From Minisyncoccia bacterium (GTDB taxonomy: Bacteria; Patescibacteriota; Minisyncoccia; Phycocordibacterales; UBA9973), in assembly GCA_041737125.1 (NCBI GenBank), contig JBGSSJ010000011.1, positions 33,568 through 97,567 of the forward strand: a stretch of 64,000 nucleotides of DNA. Reading direction: 5' to 3'. A program made the translations under genes and the position numbers. Numbering within the stretch: position 1 is the first letter of the stretch; every line of letters begins with the position of its first letter. The notes under the pieces are model-generated. The model was not told the DNA's origin. It did no database searches and saw only the letters and a list, made by a program, of their open reading frames with translations. Below, piece by piece: positions 29,501 to 36,603 of the stretch.

Positions 29501-32500
29501 ACTTGAAATTGAGATGTGGAGCCGACGGTGAACGCTGAGTCAGGTGTGACATCTCCGATACCCAGATTTGCTGCTTCATTCCTAAAATAACTATTACCGT
29601 TTGCATTCAAAACAATTACAGCAACTCCATTTCTTTGAATATCAATACGACCTTGATCTGAGTTTCCATTATAAAGCCTGACTACTCTTCGTGATGAGTT
29701 TGCCCCTTCGACATACAATTCACTCCCTTTAGAAAGTCTGACATTGCCTCCCACATCAAGTTTCTCTGCAGGTGAAAGACCAATACCGACGTTTCCACTA
29801 TTAAGTATCCTCATCGCTTCCGTCGCTCCATTGTTCCCTGTTTGGAAAATAATATTTGCACCTGTTGTTCCCACTCCTGAAGTTGAGCGAAGTGTCAGTG
29901 GTGATGTTGTAGTTGTTCCTCCGATAATAAGTGGAGTGGTGATGTCTGTGGTGAAGGTTGGAGATGTAGAGAAGACAGCAAGGCCAGAACCAGTTTCGTC
30001 TGTGAGTGATCCTGCAAGGTCTGCAGAGGTGAATGATCCTGTCGCTGTACCATAAAGTGTACCTGATGTTGGGAGCGTAACATTTGTTGTACCTGTAGAG
30101 GTAAATGTAGTATTAAATGCACCAGAGGTAGTGAGCGCTCCTCCGAGGGTAATTATTTTACCTGCACTATTGTTCACACCGGTACCTCCGTTTGTTGGAG
30201 AGAGAAGTCCAGAGACAGCAGACGACGAAGCGATGTTGATAGCTCCAAATGCAAGTGCAGTACCTCCCCCATTAAGACGAAGGACTTGGTTCCCTGTACC
30301 TACGATATCAGCTACATCTCCTGTTGTGTTTGTTTCTCTACCGATGACTGATACTCCTGCAGACTGTCTCAATTTCCCGTCAGTAACAGTATTTGCATCG
30401 ATAGTCATTACTGTTCCTGTTCCTGATACTGTTATATCGCCGTAATCAAGATCAGAGAGCCCACCACTCACCGCGCTCCAGCTTCCATCTCCCCTTAGGA
30501 ACGTTGATGCACTAGGTGTCCCCGTGATAGCTGATGCAAAGATAGGAAGTGTGTTTGATGCAATCTTTTCAAAAACGCCAGTTCCAGTATTACGAGTGAT
30601 GAGATCGTATGAGCCTGCTGAAGTTGTAGGTGTTGTGGAGAGCGTGAGAGTTCCGGATGATGTGATACCTGTGGCTGCTGTAATAGCACCACCAGAAGTG
30701 ACTTGGAATTGTGCAGCAGAGCCTACGTTGAATAATGAAGTTGAAGTAGTAGAACCAATAGTGACATTACCACTTGCCTCAATTCTCATTTTTTCACTTC
30801 GCGTAGTAGAGTTATTCGCAGTTGTCTCAAATCGGAGACTTGTTCCATATGCAGAACCATCACTCCACGCTTGAGAAGTATATGCAGCAATACCAGCAGT
30901 AGAGCGCAGTGGTTGTGCCCCCGAAGAAGACCCTCCAAACAATACGCCCCCCAATCGATCAAGTGAAGACATTGCTCCCCCGTCATTACTATAGAGCCCT
31001 ATGAGTGCGCCAGCAAAAGCACCTGATGCGCCTCTACTCTCACCGGCAAACACAAGACCTGACGTAGCCCCGCTGGACGAAACAGATACAGATTCAGTCC
31101 CCACAACAGAATCGAACGATGAGTGTGTTGCACCGAGCGTTAGTTTGGATACAGGACTTGCTGTCCCTAATCCCAACCTATCATTCGTATCATCCCAAAA
31201 GAAATTCGCATTGTCTTGAACGATTGTTGTACCGTTTGAGAATAGTACTGAACCGGTAGTTAGTGATGGAAGTGTGAACTTTGCATTGATTTGTGATTGT
31301 ATTCCTGAAGTCACCCCTTTGACATATGATATTTCTGTGAGTGATGGATATGTTACAGTTGCAAGTGAACCTAGAGTATTTGTTCCACTCCAGTAGGTCA
31401 GTTCGTTTGCAACCCCTGTACCAACGGAGGTGAGGTATGTACTTGAATCTAGTGATCCATCACCTTTAATAAAGTCTGTACTGGCACCTATACCAGTGGA
31501 AGTTAAGTTCTTGGATGCATCAGTGAATACAACCTTTGATGCTGTGAGGCCAGAGAAGTTGATGGTTCCTGATGATGTGATACCGGTAGCCGCGGCGATG
31601 GCACCGGAGGAGTTGACTTGGAAGAGGTCGCCAGAGCCGACAGTGAGCATCGCTGCAGGAGTAGTGTCGCCAATACCAACGTTACCATCACCACCTATTC
31701 TCATTCTTTCTCCATCTCCAGCACGGAACTGAAGAAAACTTGTCGCATCAGCAGTACCTGAACCATTTCCAGAAACAGAAGTATAACCAGAGTTCGTGCC
31801 GAAATATAAATTCTGGTTAAACCCAACACCTACAGATCCGGTAAATGTACCCGCACCAGTAACAGTAAGCGGAAAAGTCGGCGTGTTCGTCCCGATACCG
31901 ACGTTTCCAGCATTTACAATGAGCCCATAGTTAGCAGTTGTAGCTCCTGATGCATCTAAGTAGAGAGCTACGTTTGTACCTGAGGTAGCATTTGTTTTCG
32001 TGTTTGATATTTGCGCACCGTACGTAGTGATAGCATTCGTAGATGTTGCACCGGAAGTGAGGATATTCAAACCAGTTTGTGACGCGCCTGCGTCGGTGCC
32101 TGAGATTTGAATATCAATTAATCTTCCCGATGTAAGACTTGATGAAGCAAGATATGCACCAGTACCTGTAGTAAGGGAGTTGAAGTTTCCTACTAATGCT
32201 GATGCTGTGGTAGCTTGGGTAGTGTTTGCTGAAGTAAGTGCAATTGTGCCTGTAGTAGTGAGTCCCGTTGCTGCCACAATAGCACCGGTCGAGTTCACCT
32301 GAAATGCATCACCTGAGCCCACAGTAAGCATGGACGCTGGTGATGGGTCACCGATACCCAAAGATGCTGCAGCGTTTACAAAATAGCTATCTCCACTTGC
32401 ATTAAGTCGGATATTAACAGCTCCGTCTCTTTGGATATCAATCATTCCTTGACTCAACCCTCCACTGTTATACAAACGAACAGCGCGTCGTGCAGGAATA

Positions 32501-33294
32501 GTCCCCTCGATATAAAGCTCACTTCCTGGAGAAAGTCTGACATTCCCCCCGACATCAAGTGTCTCTGATGGTGATGAAGCAACGTTAACTCCCAATCTGT
32601 TTGTTGAATCATCCCAAAAGAAGTTTGCATTATCTTGTGCAATGGTACTGCCATCAGAGAAGAGGACTGATCCTGAAGTTAGTGATGGAAGTGTGAACTT
32701 TGCATTGATTTGTGATTGTATTCCTGAAGTCACCCCTTTGACATAAGAAATTTCTGTGAGTGATGGATAGGTTGCAGTTGCAAGAGAAGAGAGAGCACCT
32801 GGACCCGAGAAGTATGCAAGCTCATTCGTAGTACCTGAGCCAGATAAACTTCCACAAGCCCCCCATGATGGAGCAGATCCAGTATTACCGATAAGACACT
32901 CACCAGTAATACCTGCAGCAGTGACTCCCATAGCGGAAGTACCGTTACCGTAAATAATTCCGTTGGAAGTAAATGTCCCTGCACCAGTTCCTCCTTGAGC
33001 TACAGTCACAAGTGCATTCGTAGTGAGGATGGTCGCATTCGCATCAGGGAAAGTATAAGTACGGACTCCTGTCTGGTTGTTGGTAACAGCGAAAACTCCA
33101 TCTCCAAGCTCTGCCCATGGGTGGCCTGGGTTCGGTGTCGCTCCACTTACTATTCCGAAAATAGAAAAGGCAACAAAGATAGAAAGTATCGTATACACGA
33201 CATAGTGTATAGAAAATTTAGGAGCAATTTTCCTTAAAATTCTTTGTACGAAATTTGAAATTTGTTGCTTGTAATTTTTAAACATAAAATACAA
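23545..33294 (-). CDS. giant (3249 aa) N-terminally TM-anchored surface protein: tail-fibre-like Gly/Thr/Ser repeat modules, LamG domain, C-terminal lectin-like domain and Pro/Glu-rich tail
   Basis: single uninterrupted ORF; N-terminal TM 'YVVYTILSIFVAFSIFGIVSG'; recurrent 'GNVGIGxxxPxxxLTVGSGDxFQVxSxGAI' modules; LamG 'FTVSLWFKHS...MYIDGRL...WDGEIDEF' (~25960-26420); C-terminal 'RVRVVFDEPYVTTPVITTNITF...FSWVALG' (~23830-24130). Confidence 0.8.
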   Translation of the reverse strand: MYFMFKNYKQQISNFVQRILRKIAPKFSIHYVVYTILSIFVAFSIFGIVSGATPNPGHPWAELGDGVFAVTNNQTGVRTYTFPDANATILTTNALVTVAQGGTGAGTFTSNGIIYGNGTSAMGVTAAGITGECLIGNTGSAPSWGACGSLSGSGTTNELAYFSGPGALSSLATATYPSLTEISYVKGVTSGIQSQINAKFTLPSLTSGSVLFSDGSTIAQDNANFFWDDSTNRLGVNVASSPSETLDVGGNVRLSPGSELYIEGTIPARRAVRLYNSGGLSQGMIDIQRDGAVNIRLNASGDSYFVNAAASLGIGDPSPASMLTVGSGDAFQVNSTGAIVAATGLTTTGTIALTSANTTQATTASALVGNFNSLTTGTGAYLASSSLTSGRLIDIQISGTDAGASQTGLNILTSGATSTNAITTYGAQISNTKTNATSGTNVALYLDASGATTANYGLIVNAGNVGIGTNTPTFPLTVTGAGTFTGSVGVGFNQNLYFGTNSGYTSVSGNGSGTADATSFLQFRAGDGERMRIGGDGNVGIGDTTPAAMLTVGSGDLFQVNSSGAIAAATGITSSGTINFSGLTASKVVFTDASKNLTSTGIGASTDFIKGDGSLDSSTYLTSVGTGVANELTYWSGTNTLGSLATVTYPSLTEISYVKGVTSGIQSQINAKFTLPSLTTGSVLFSNGTTIVQDNANFFWDDTNDRLGLGTASPVSKLTLGATHSSFDSVVGTESVSVSSSGATSGLVFAGESRGASGAFAGALIGLYSNDGGAMSSLDRLGGVLFGGSSSGAQPLRSTAGIAAYTSQAWSDGSAYGTSLRFETTANNSTTRSEKMRIEASGNVTIGSTTSTSLFNVGSAAQFQVTSGGAITAATGITSSGTLTLSTTPTTSAGSYDLITRNTGTGVFEKIASNTLPIFASAITGTPSASTFLRGDGSWSAVSGGLSDLDYGDITVSGTGTVMTIDANTVTDGKLRQSAGVSVIGRETNTTGDVADIVGTGNQVLRLNGGGTALAFGAINIASSSAVSGLLSPTNGGTGVNNSAGKIITLGGALTTSGAFNTTFTSTGTTNVTLPTSGTLYGTATGSFTSADLAGSLTDETGSGLAVFSTSPTFTTDITTPLIIGGTTTTSPLTLRSTSGVGTTGANIIFQTGNNGATEAMRILNSGNVGIGLSPAEKLDVGGNVRLSKGSELYVEGANSSRRVVRLYNGNSDQGRIDIQRNGVAVIVLNANGNSYFRNEAANLGIGDVTPDSAFTVGSTSQFQVDSTGAIIAATGITSSGSITFSGLSTNGFVTTSGGTGALSVTTLGSGISTWLSTPSSANLASALTDETGSGLAVFSTSPTFTTDITTPLVIGGTTTTSPLTLRSTSGVGTTGADIIFQTGNNGATEAMRILNSGNVGIGDTSPASLFTVGSGDLFQVDGSGNTSLFAGADLRFVETGGGTDFAALQAPAAVTASYTWTLPAADASGCLQSNGSGTLSVASCGGAVALSSLSAAGATNTINNADYTQEWQWNTLAGATGLKLSSTSTAAASNAQKIFEVAQSGANATSTQTTYGGYFTNVKTGTSSTNVALYASATGGTDNYALLVPDMGGRVGIGTIAPRGILDVTNGASSGNIYLEALDNVYIGDFSGNGSSVYLAVNGDSPSNGFIFNNGNVGIGDASPASLFTVGNGDLFQIDSSGNTSTLGSITIQNTANNVIPTADSMVVNLTGGTTGIVTDGVDGLSIAMEVGNGTTNTNSGLNITLIPVNTPSGDETFNGLNIANITGTAATENALVIGSGWDSDIRFIDATPQMTLADNGTLVLSDGSSTTNDIFQVGTAISRGNALVYGDLIVKGGTIARSLTGVIDTFIYDTSVDVDAGEWRNSLEMMQRSWATEAKDDGAGDACSISTDDRCGSSAFPRKAIIATTADGLYIFDSADNSLWMKFTQAGTYALGADTNNNPSGVTAQNGVIYVGTNGASATGLYAFDFKQDVLYRYNTTNRTQADINIGNRNSTATYAANAETGFAIINNTVNDVSVNVQTGSMEGRAGTLIAPVDSQGGPMLGVTIIAAATDSGVSVINMGARKVINYSDATNDDYNQVYMTKRGRMYATNETRAQLEEWRGVDTVITTQANGTPTRWYDETLAGNTPITLEGAVPTISTSPSALAVIERGSAAREAAAAGQIDSGDIVFVGTNQGLAEVHTSGGALANASWSKITTKDSATPYMNGGVRSAYLFDDAVGATSTNSAVGNTGTTRNPLDQAGATAPTFGGNGIRGGSVNFNNNSYLCSDANADGTCDSDTDNNVAATSFTVSLWFKHSTTAAADVLFERCYTPATPTAAACIYAGMTTTGTITAGIDDDGTWTTVGTLSMDDGLTSSGTWNDGQWHHFLLTNTDTDLCMYIDGRLAAACDTALAATATLDAAQVLTIGGRCTGANCATGDSFWDGEIDEFTWSAGATTSSGTVSASANRRFLDGRTHLIRPQTSVENADIFSGTTIGSTTATYVPNSFTSLVVEITGGTGAGQTRNIISNDATAFTVAPAWSVTPDATSDYRVSPSKLYGSTNNVTSIAVDAPTQINKTRSLYVGTDDGADGGGISTFTNAGAGGIKTEVHSSDSGIEEDDFGTTWSGTGSDDIKSIAIYTDTILFATGTGIRVERKDVSIKQLQADTLLALEDVRMSLVASGLFGATQDVLGLGQGADLAEYYYSNETLEAGDVVSIEPSQEAGIGKSSRRYQKNLLGVISTRPGLILGPVAENAYAVALSGRVPVKVTTENGPIKVGDLLTSSSREGYAMRATSAGAVIGRVLNEPYGMTSCDAPLPALENVALPEGPWVGGERVEGEAQGEQVQSSTGIQCGYVMLFVGLGESLGQNVEILAQEYGSIEDGHVSVDGLTAELGTQWSIMSFLRATRDDKETNALPLESFFTDRIAAGFEILTPTLIADTVVTSQLTGGIDGSLALVLNNGIFSVKKNSEDAAVMTIDALGNAVFNGKITAQEIEATKIAGFDALIERITALETLLGANAFDALTSVTTANFKATGESTFEGKAQFSGLSFFANSTTFDGSVVFGAQTEFTIPPIFNKDTAGFALIKEEDRRVRVVFDEPYVTTPVITTNITFEVTDNMDDATAEAFFFEDVRHLVVEKDQTGFTIFLNKKAPRDIRFSWVALGVKDPKIVESLVEGLDIEIPTEAPLEQVPQEDDVPSPENPSTELVPEIVTEEIIIEEVTSPDEPAPIIEESTPVPSPKVTVEAPLIIEENTDNTTVSEY
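29095..29335. repeat. ~235-bp intragenic direct repeat, copy 1 (copy 2 at ~29755-29995, ~90% identical)
   Basis: encodes duplicated block 'LTDETGSGLAVFSTSPTFTTDITTPLIIGGTTTTSPLTLRSTSGVGTTGA(N/D)IIFQTGNNGATEAMRILNSGNVGIG'. Confidence 0.8.
31262..31326. repeat. 65-bp 100%-identical intragenic repeat (second copy 32681-32745) within ~230-bp diverged repeats
   Basis: agtgatggaagtgtgaactttgcattgatttgtgattgtattcctgaagtcacccctttgacata in both places; encodes 'SYVKGVTSGIQSQINAKFTLPSLT'. Confidence 0.85.
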
Positions 33295-33404
33295 CTATAT
33301 TATATCATAGTTGTATAGTAAAAATAGCTAAAAAGTGCTTTTTATTTAAGGTTTTTGTGGATAACTTTTGTTTTAAATTTCGGAAGAATTATTGGTCAAT
33401 TTTA

Positions 33405-35303
33405 CTAGCGGACTTCATACCCTAGAGACGCTATTTTCTCTGTAATTTTAGACATTATCATATTCACTTCTTCGGTCTCTAGAGTGCGGTCATATGACTG
33501 GAAAATCAATCGATAAGCATAAGATATTTTACCATTTTTCTTGAACATATCCAAGAGTTTTGGCTCCCCTTGTAGCAATTCTGTGCCGAATTCCGTATAA
33601 ACCTGTGAAAGCACACTACTTTCGACATCTTCAGGCACCCAAACAGCAATATCACGCACCATAAATGGATAAAGTGACCACATTTTGAAATACGAAATGT
33701 CTGTAGTCGTGGAGTCAGGAAGTGAAGCAAGAAGTTCGTTATGAGAGCCTTGCGCAGAGCTGGCTCGAGCAGAGAAATTTCCCTCCAAGGAAATATTCGT
33801 GCTCCCAGAAGGAAGCTCCTCCGAAGCATTATCTCGAATAAATTCATCTAAACTCATTTCTTTCATTTCTTTTTTATTTACGAATGCGATATTTAGGAAC
33901 TCTTCCCCATTTTTAAATACCGTCCCAATTTCAAAAATTTTAATTTCATCATGGCCTAGGAATTGAGAATTTAATTTATTTAATTCATATGCATTTCGAA
34001 GTCCATCACTTAGATTCGTGCGCATGAAATTCTTATCACTAGCAGAGGCAAGTACTTCCACTTCACCTTTTTCTGTGAATGCATAAGTCATCACTTCCCT
34101 GTAACCACTCTCTACCAGGTAATTGCGAGCCTTTTTTATATTCTCATAAACAGGATTCTCTTTAGGAGTAAAGTTTATCTTTGGCAATTGTGGAATTACT
34201 TTATCGTAGCCGATTATGCGGCCAATTTCTTCTGCTATGTCGCTAGTATTTGTAAGATCTAGTCGCATAGGTGGCACCTCGAGAGTAAAGTTATTACCAT
34301 CTTTCTTATAAGTGAAATTATACCTCTTCAATATGTCTTCTACCTCCTCACCTGTTATACTTATACCTAGTATTTTGTTTATATTTTCCAAGGTAAAATC
34401 CACTTTTACTTCTTTTTGTAAATCTTTATTCGGGTATATATCCACCACATCTTCAAATGTTGCTTCCGGGCAAATTTCAGCTATCAATCCTGAAAGTTCA
34501 AGCATAGCAAAGTCACAAAGTGAGGGCGATAAATCATTCTCAAATCTTTTCGCTGAATCAGAAAGAAGTCCTAATCTGCGCGCAGTTTTCCGGACAGATG
34601 TCGGATCGAAATTCGCAACTTCAAGCACTATGTCAGTCGTCCCATCCGTAATTCCAGAATCAAGTCCACCTTTGACTCCGCCAAGTGCTAAAATTTTCTC
34701 ACCACTAGTTATAGTCAAATCATTTTCCTTTAACTTCGCAAGTATCCCTTCTCTGCCTACGACTTTCAATTCCTCTCCCTCTTTAGCATTAGTAATTCGT
34801 AATTCGTAATTCGTAATTTTCCCTAAATCAAATGCGTGTGTCGGCTGACCACAGTCATACATCACAATATTTGTCGCATCAACAATATTATTTATACTTC
34901 TCTGTCCTATGTTCTCTAAATATTCTACTACCCACTTTGGTGATGGACCTATCTTTATATTACGGACAATTCTCGCAGAATATCTACGGCAACTCGGTGA
35001 ATTAATTTCTACTTTTAGGTCAGTCGTTACGGATGGAGGAACCTTGTACATGGAAGTAGGGTCCTTAAAAGTTAACTCCAAAAGCCCCGCAAGCTCACGA
35101 GCAACACCCTGGTGTGATAGCAAATCATGAGCCCGATTCGGTAATATACCCAAGTCATAAATCCAATCTTTCTTGCCATCTATACTTTCAATAGCAGTAA
35201 CACTTTCAACTTCACAAAGATGATAAGTAAAAATACTCTCTAGATGATGAGGTTCAGGGATATCAGATATATATGATTCTAGCCAATTGTAAGAAATAAA
35301 CAT
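33405..35303 (-). CDS. pheT: phenylalanyl-tRNA synthetase beta subunit, short form (632 aa)
   Basis: 'MFISYNWLESYI...' N-terminus, B3/4 and B5 regions, C-terminal anticodon-binding-like domain. Confidence 0.85.
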   Translation of the reverse strand: MFISYNWLESYISDIPEPHHLESIFTYHLCEVESVTAIESIDGKKDWIYDLGILPNRAHDLLSHQGVARELAGLLELTFKDPTSMYKVPPSVTTDLKVEINSPSCRRYSARIVRNIKIGPSPKWVVEYLENIGQRSINNIVDATNIVMYDCGQPTHAFDLGKITNYELRITNAKEGEELKVVGREGILAKLKENDLTITSGEKILALGGVKGGLDSGITDGTTDIVLEVANFDPTSVRKTARRLGLLSDSAKRFENDLSPSLCDFAMLELSGLIAEICPEATFEDVVDIYPNKDLQKEVKVDFTLENINKILGISITGEEVEDILKRYNFTYKKDGNNFTLEVPPMRLDLTNTSDIAEEIGRIIGYDKVIPQLPKINFTPKENPVYENIKKARNYLVESGYREVMTYAFTEKGEVEVLASASDKNFMRTNLSDGLRNAYELNKLNSQFLGHDEIKIFEIGTVFKNGEEFLNIAFVNKKEMKEMSLDEFIRDNASEELPSGSTNISLEGNFSARASSAQGSHNELLASLPDSTTTDISYFKMWSLYPFMVRDIAVWVPEDVESSVLSQVYTEFGTELLQGEPKLLDMFKKNGKISYAYRLIFQSYDRTLETEEVNMIMSKITEKIASLGYEVR

Positions 35304-35340
35304 AGTTATAAAGTTATAAAGTTATAAAGTTGAAAGTAAT
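35304..35340. repeat. left inverted-repeat arm (GTTATAAA x3) flanking four-helix-bundle pseudogene
   Basis: aGTTATAAAGTTATAAAGTTATAAAGTTgaaagtaat; reverse-complement of right arm (35685-35730) contains GTTATAAAGT twice. Confidence 0.6.
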
Positions 35341-35684
35341 TCATAGGGTTTTGATAAATCCAGAAAGTATTCTTGAAATTTCTAATGATAATTTTTCTAA
35401 TTCGGAATATTTATTTTGATCTATATATTTTAAATCTACAGCTAAGCCTAACATTGATCTTACTTCTCCACAAGAACCTTTTGAAATATATAAAAATTCT
35501 TTAATTCTTTATTTGTTTGCCTTTCAAATCCTTCAGCAATATTATTCATAATAGAAACTGAAGCCCTTTCTATCTGATTTTTAAAAGAAAAGTCTTTACA
35601 TTGATTAAATGTTTTGTAAATTATCAAAGTTAATTCTTTTGATTTTTTCCAAGCTATTATGTCTTCAAATTTTTCAACTTTCAT
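35341..35684 (-). pseudogene. frameshifted 'four-helix-bundle protein' (TIGR02436 / 23S rRNA intervening-sequence protein family)
   Basis: frame 1 (35684..35460) 'EDIIAWKKSKELTLIIYKTF...ERASVSIMNNIAEGFERQTNKELKNFYI'; family C-terminus continues in another frame ('YISKGSCGEVRSMLGLAVDLKYIDQNKYSELEKLSLEISRILSGFIKTL*' to 35341); single missing T in run 'gaatttttatat' (~35493-35498) would restore ~114-aa protein. Confidence 0.7.
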
Positions 35685-35730
35685 AAAAACTTTATAACTT
35701 TTAACTTTTAACTTTCTACTTTATAACTCC
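35685..35730. repeat. right inverted-repeat arm flanking four-helix-bundle pseudogene
   Basis: aaaaACTTTATAACttttaacttttaactttctACTTTATAACtcc. Confidence 0.6.
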
Positions 35731-36558
35731 TTAGAATTGATTAATTCTAAGGTCTCCTTGGTAAAATAATCGCACGTCAGGAATATTCCAGCGAATCATC
35801 GCTATACGATCTACTCCTCCACCGAACGCAAAGCCTTGTACTTTCTCAGGATCTAGTCCTGCATTACGCAGAACATTCGGATGTAGCATTCCTCCACCCA
35901 TCATTTCGAGCCACCTACCGTTGAACTTCGCATGTACTTCTACAGAAGGCTCAGTGAATGGGAAGAAGCTGGGACGGAACTCTATTTCTACATCAGGACC
36001 AAGTGCTTTCTTGTAGAATTCTATAAGCACTGCTTTCATATGTGAAAGATTTACATTCTCCCCAACCATGCATCCATCTATCTGATAGAATTGCATTTCA
36101 TGAGTTATGTCTGTAGCTTCATTACGGAAAACTTTCCCGACTGTGATAGAAGCAATTTCTTTCAACCCTTCATCTACCATTCTTTTAAGTGTACGCGCTG
36201 TCACATTCGTCGCGTGAGTACGTAGCACATGGGCGGAGTCGGAAGTTGGATACGAAATAGTCTGGCCGAGCGTATTCGCGAGGAGATCCGAGGACTTTTC
36301 GGAGACTACTTCCGACGAAGCATTAACATTCTTAATATAGAAAGTATCCTGCATGTCGCGAGCAGGGTGATCTTTAGGTACATTTAGGGCGTCGAAGTTA
36401 TACCAAAGAGTTTCAAGTTCTGGGCCTGTAGCTACCTCAAAACCGAGCTTTGAGAATACTTCATAGGCCTCATCTTGTAATATAGTAAGTGGGTGCAACC
36501 CGCCTGCCACGCTATGCGTAACATTTCGGGCAGGGCTTCCTTTAGAATCTTTAGACAT
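35731..36558 (-). CDS. pheS: phenylalanyl-tRNA synthetase alpha subunit, short form (275 aa, catalytic core only)
   Basis: class II motifs; '[13 protein letters not shown]', '[19 protein letters not shown]', '[13 protein letters not shown]'. Confidence 0.85.
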   Translation of the reverse strand: MSKDSKGSPARNVTHSVAGGLHPLTILQDEAYEVFSKLGFEVATGPELETLWYNFDALNVPKDHPARDMQDTFYIKNVNASSEVVSEKSSDLLANTLGQTISYPTSDSAHVLRTHATNVTARTLKRMVDEGLKEIASITVGKVFRNEATDITHEMQFYQIDGCMVGENVNLSHMKAVLIEFYKKALGPDVEIEFRPSFFPFTEPSVEVHAKFNGRWLEMMGGGMLHPNVLRNAGLDPEKVQGFAFGGGVDRIAMIRWNIPDVRLFYQGDLRINQF

Positions 36559-36603
36559 TTATAAAATATAGCATTTTTCTCATCTTTTTTCAAAATTCTG
36601 TAT

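Noticed and set aside
24101-31732. Numerous 60-240-aa ORFs on both strands inside 23545..33294
   Set aside because: All are contained within the single uninterrupted 3249-aa reading frame. Their translations are low-complexity (S/P/T/V-rich) shadows of the repeat-rich gene.
34780-34812. Heptamer tandem repeat (gtaattc x3-4) inside pheT
   Set aside because: It is in-frame as 21 nt (encodes ITNYELRITN) within an essential gene, so contingency-locus behaviour is unlikely. Noted only as a microsatellite.
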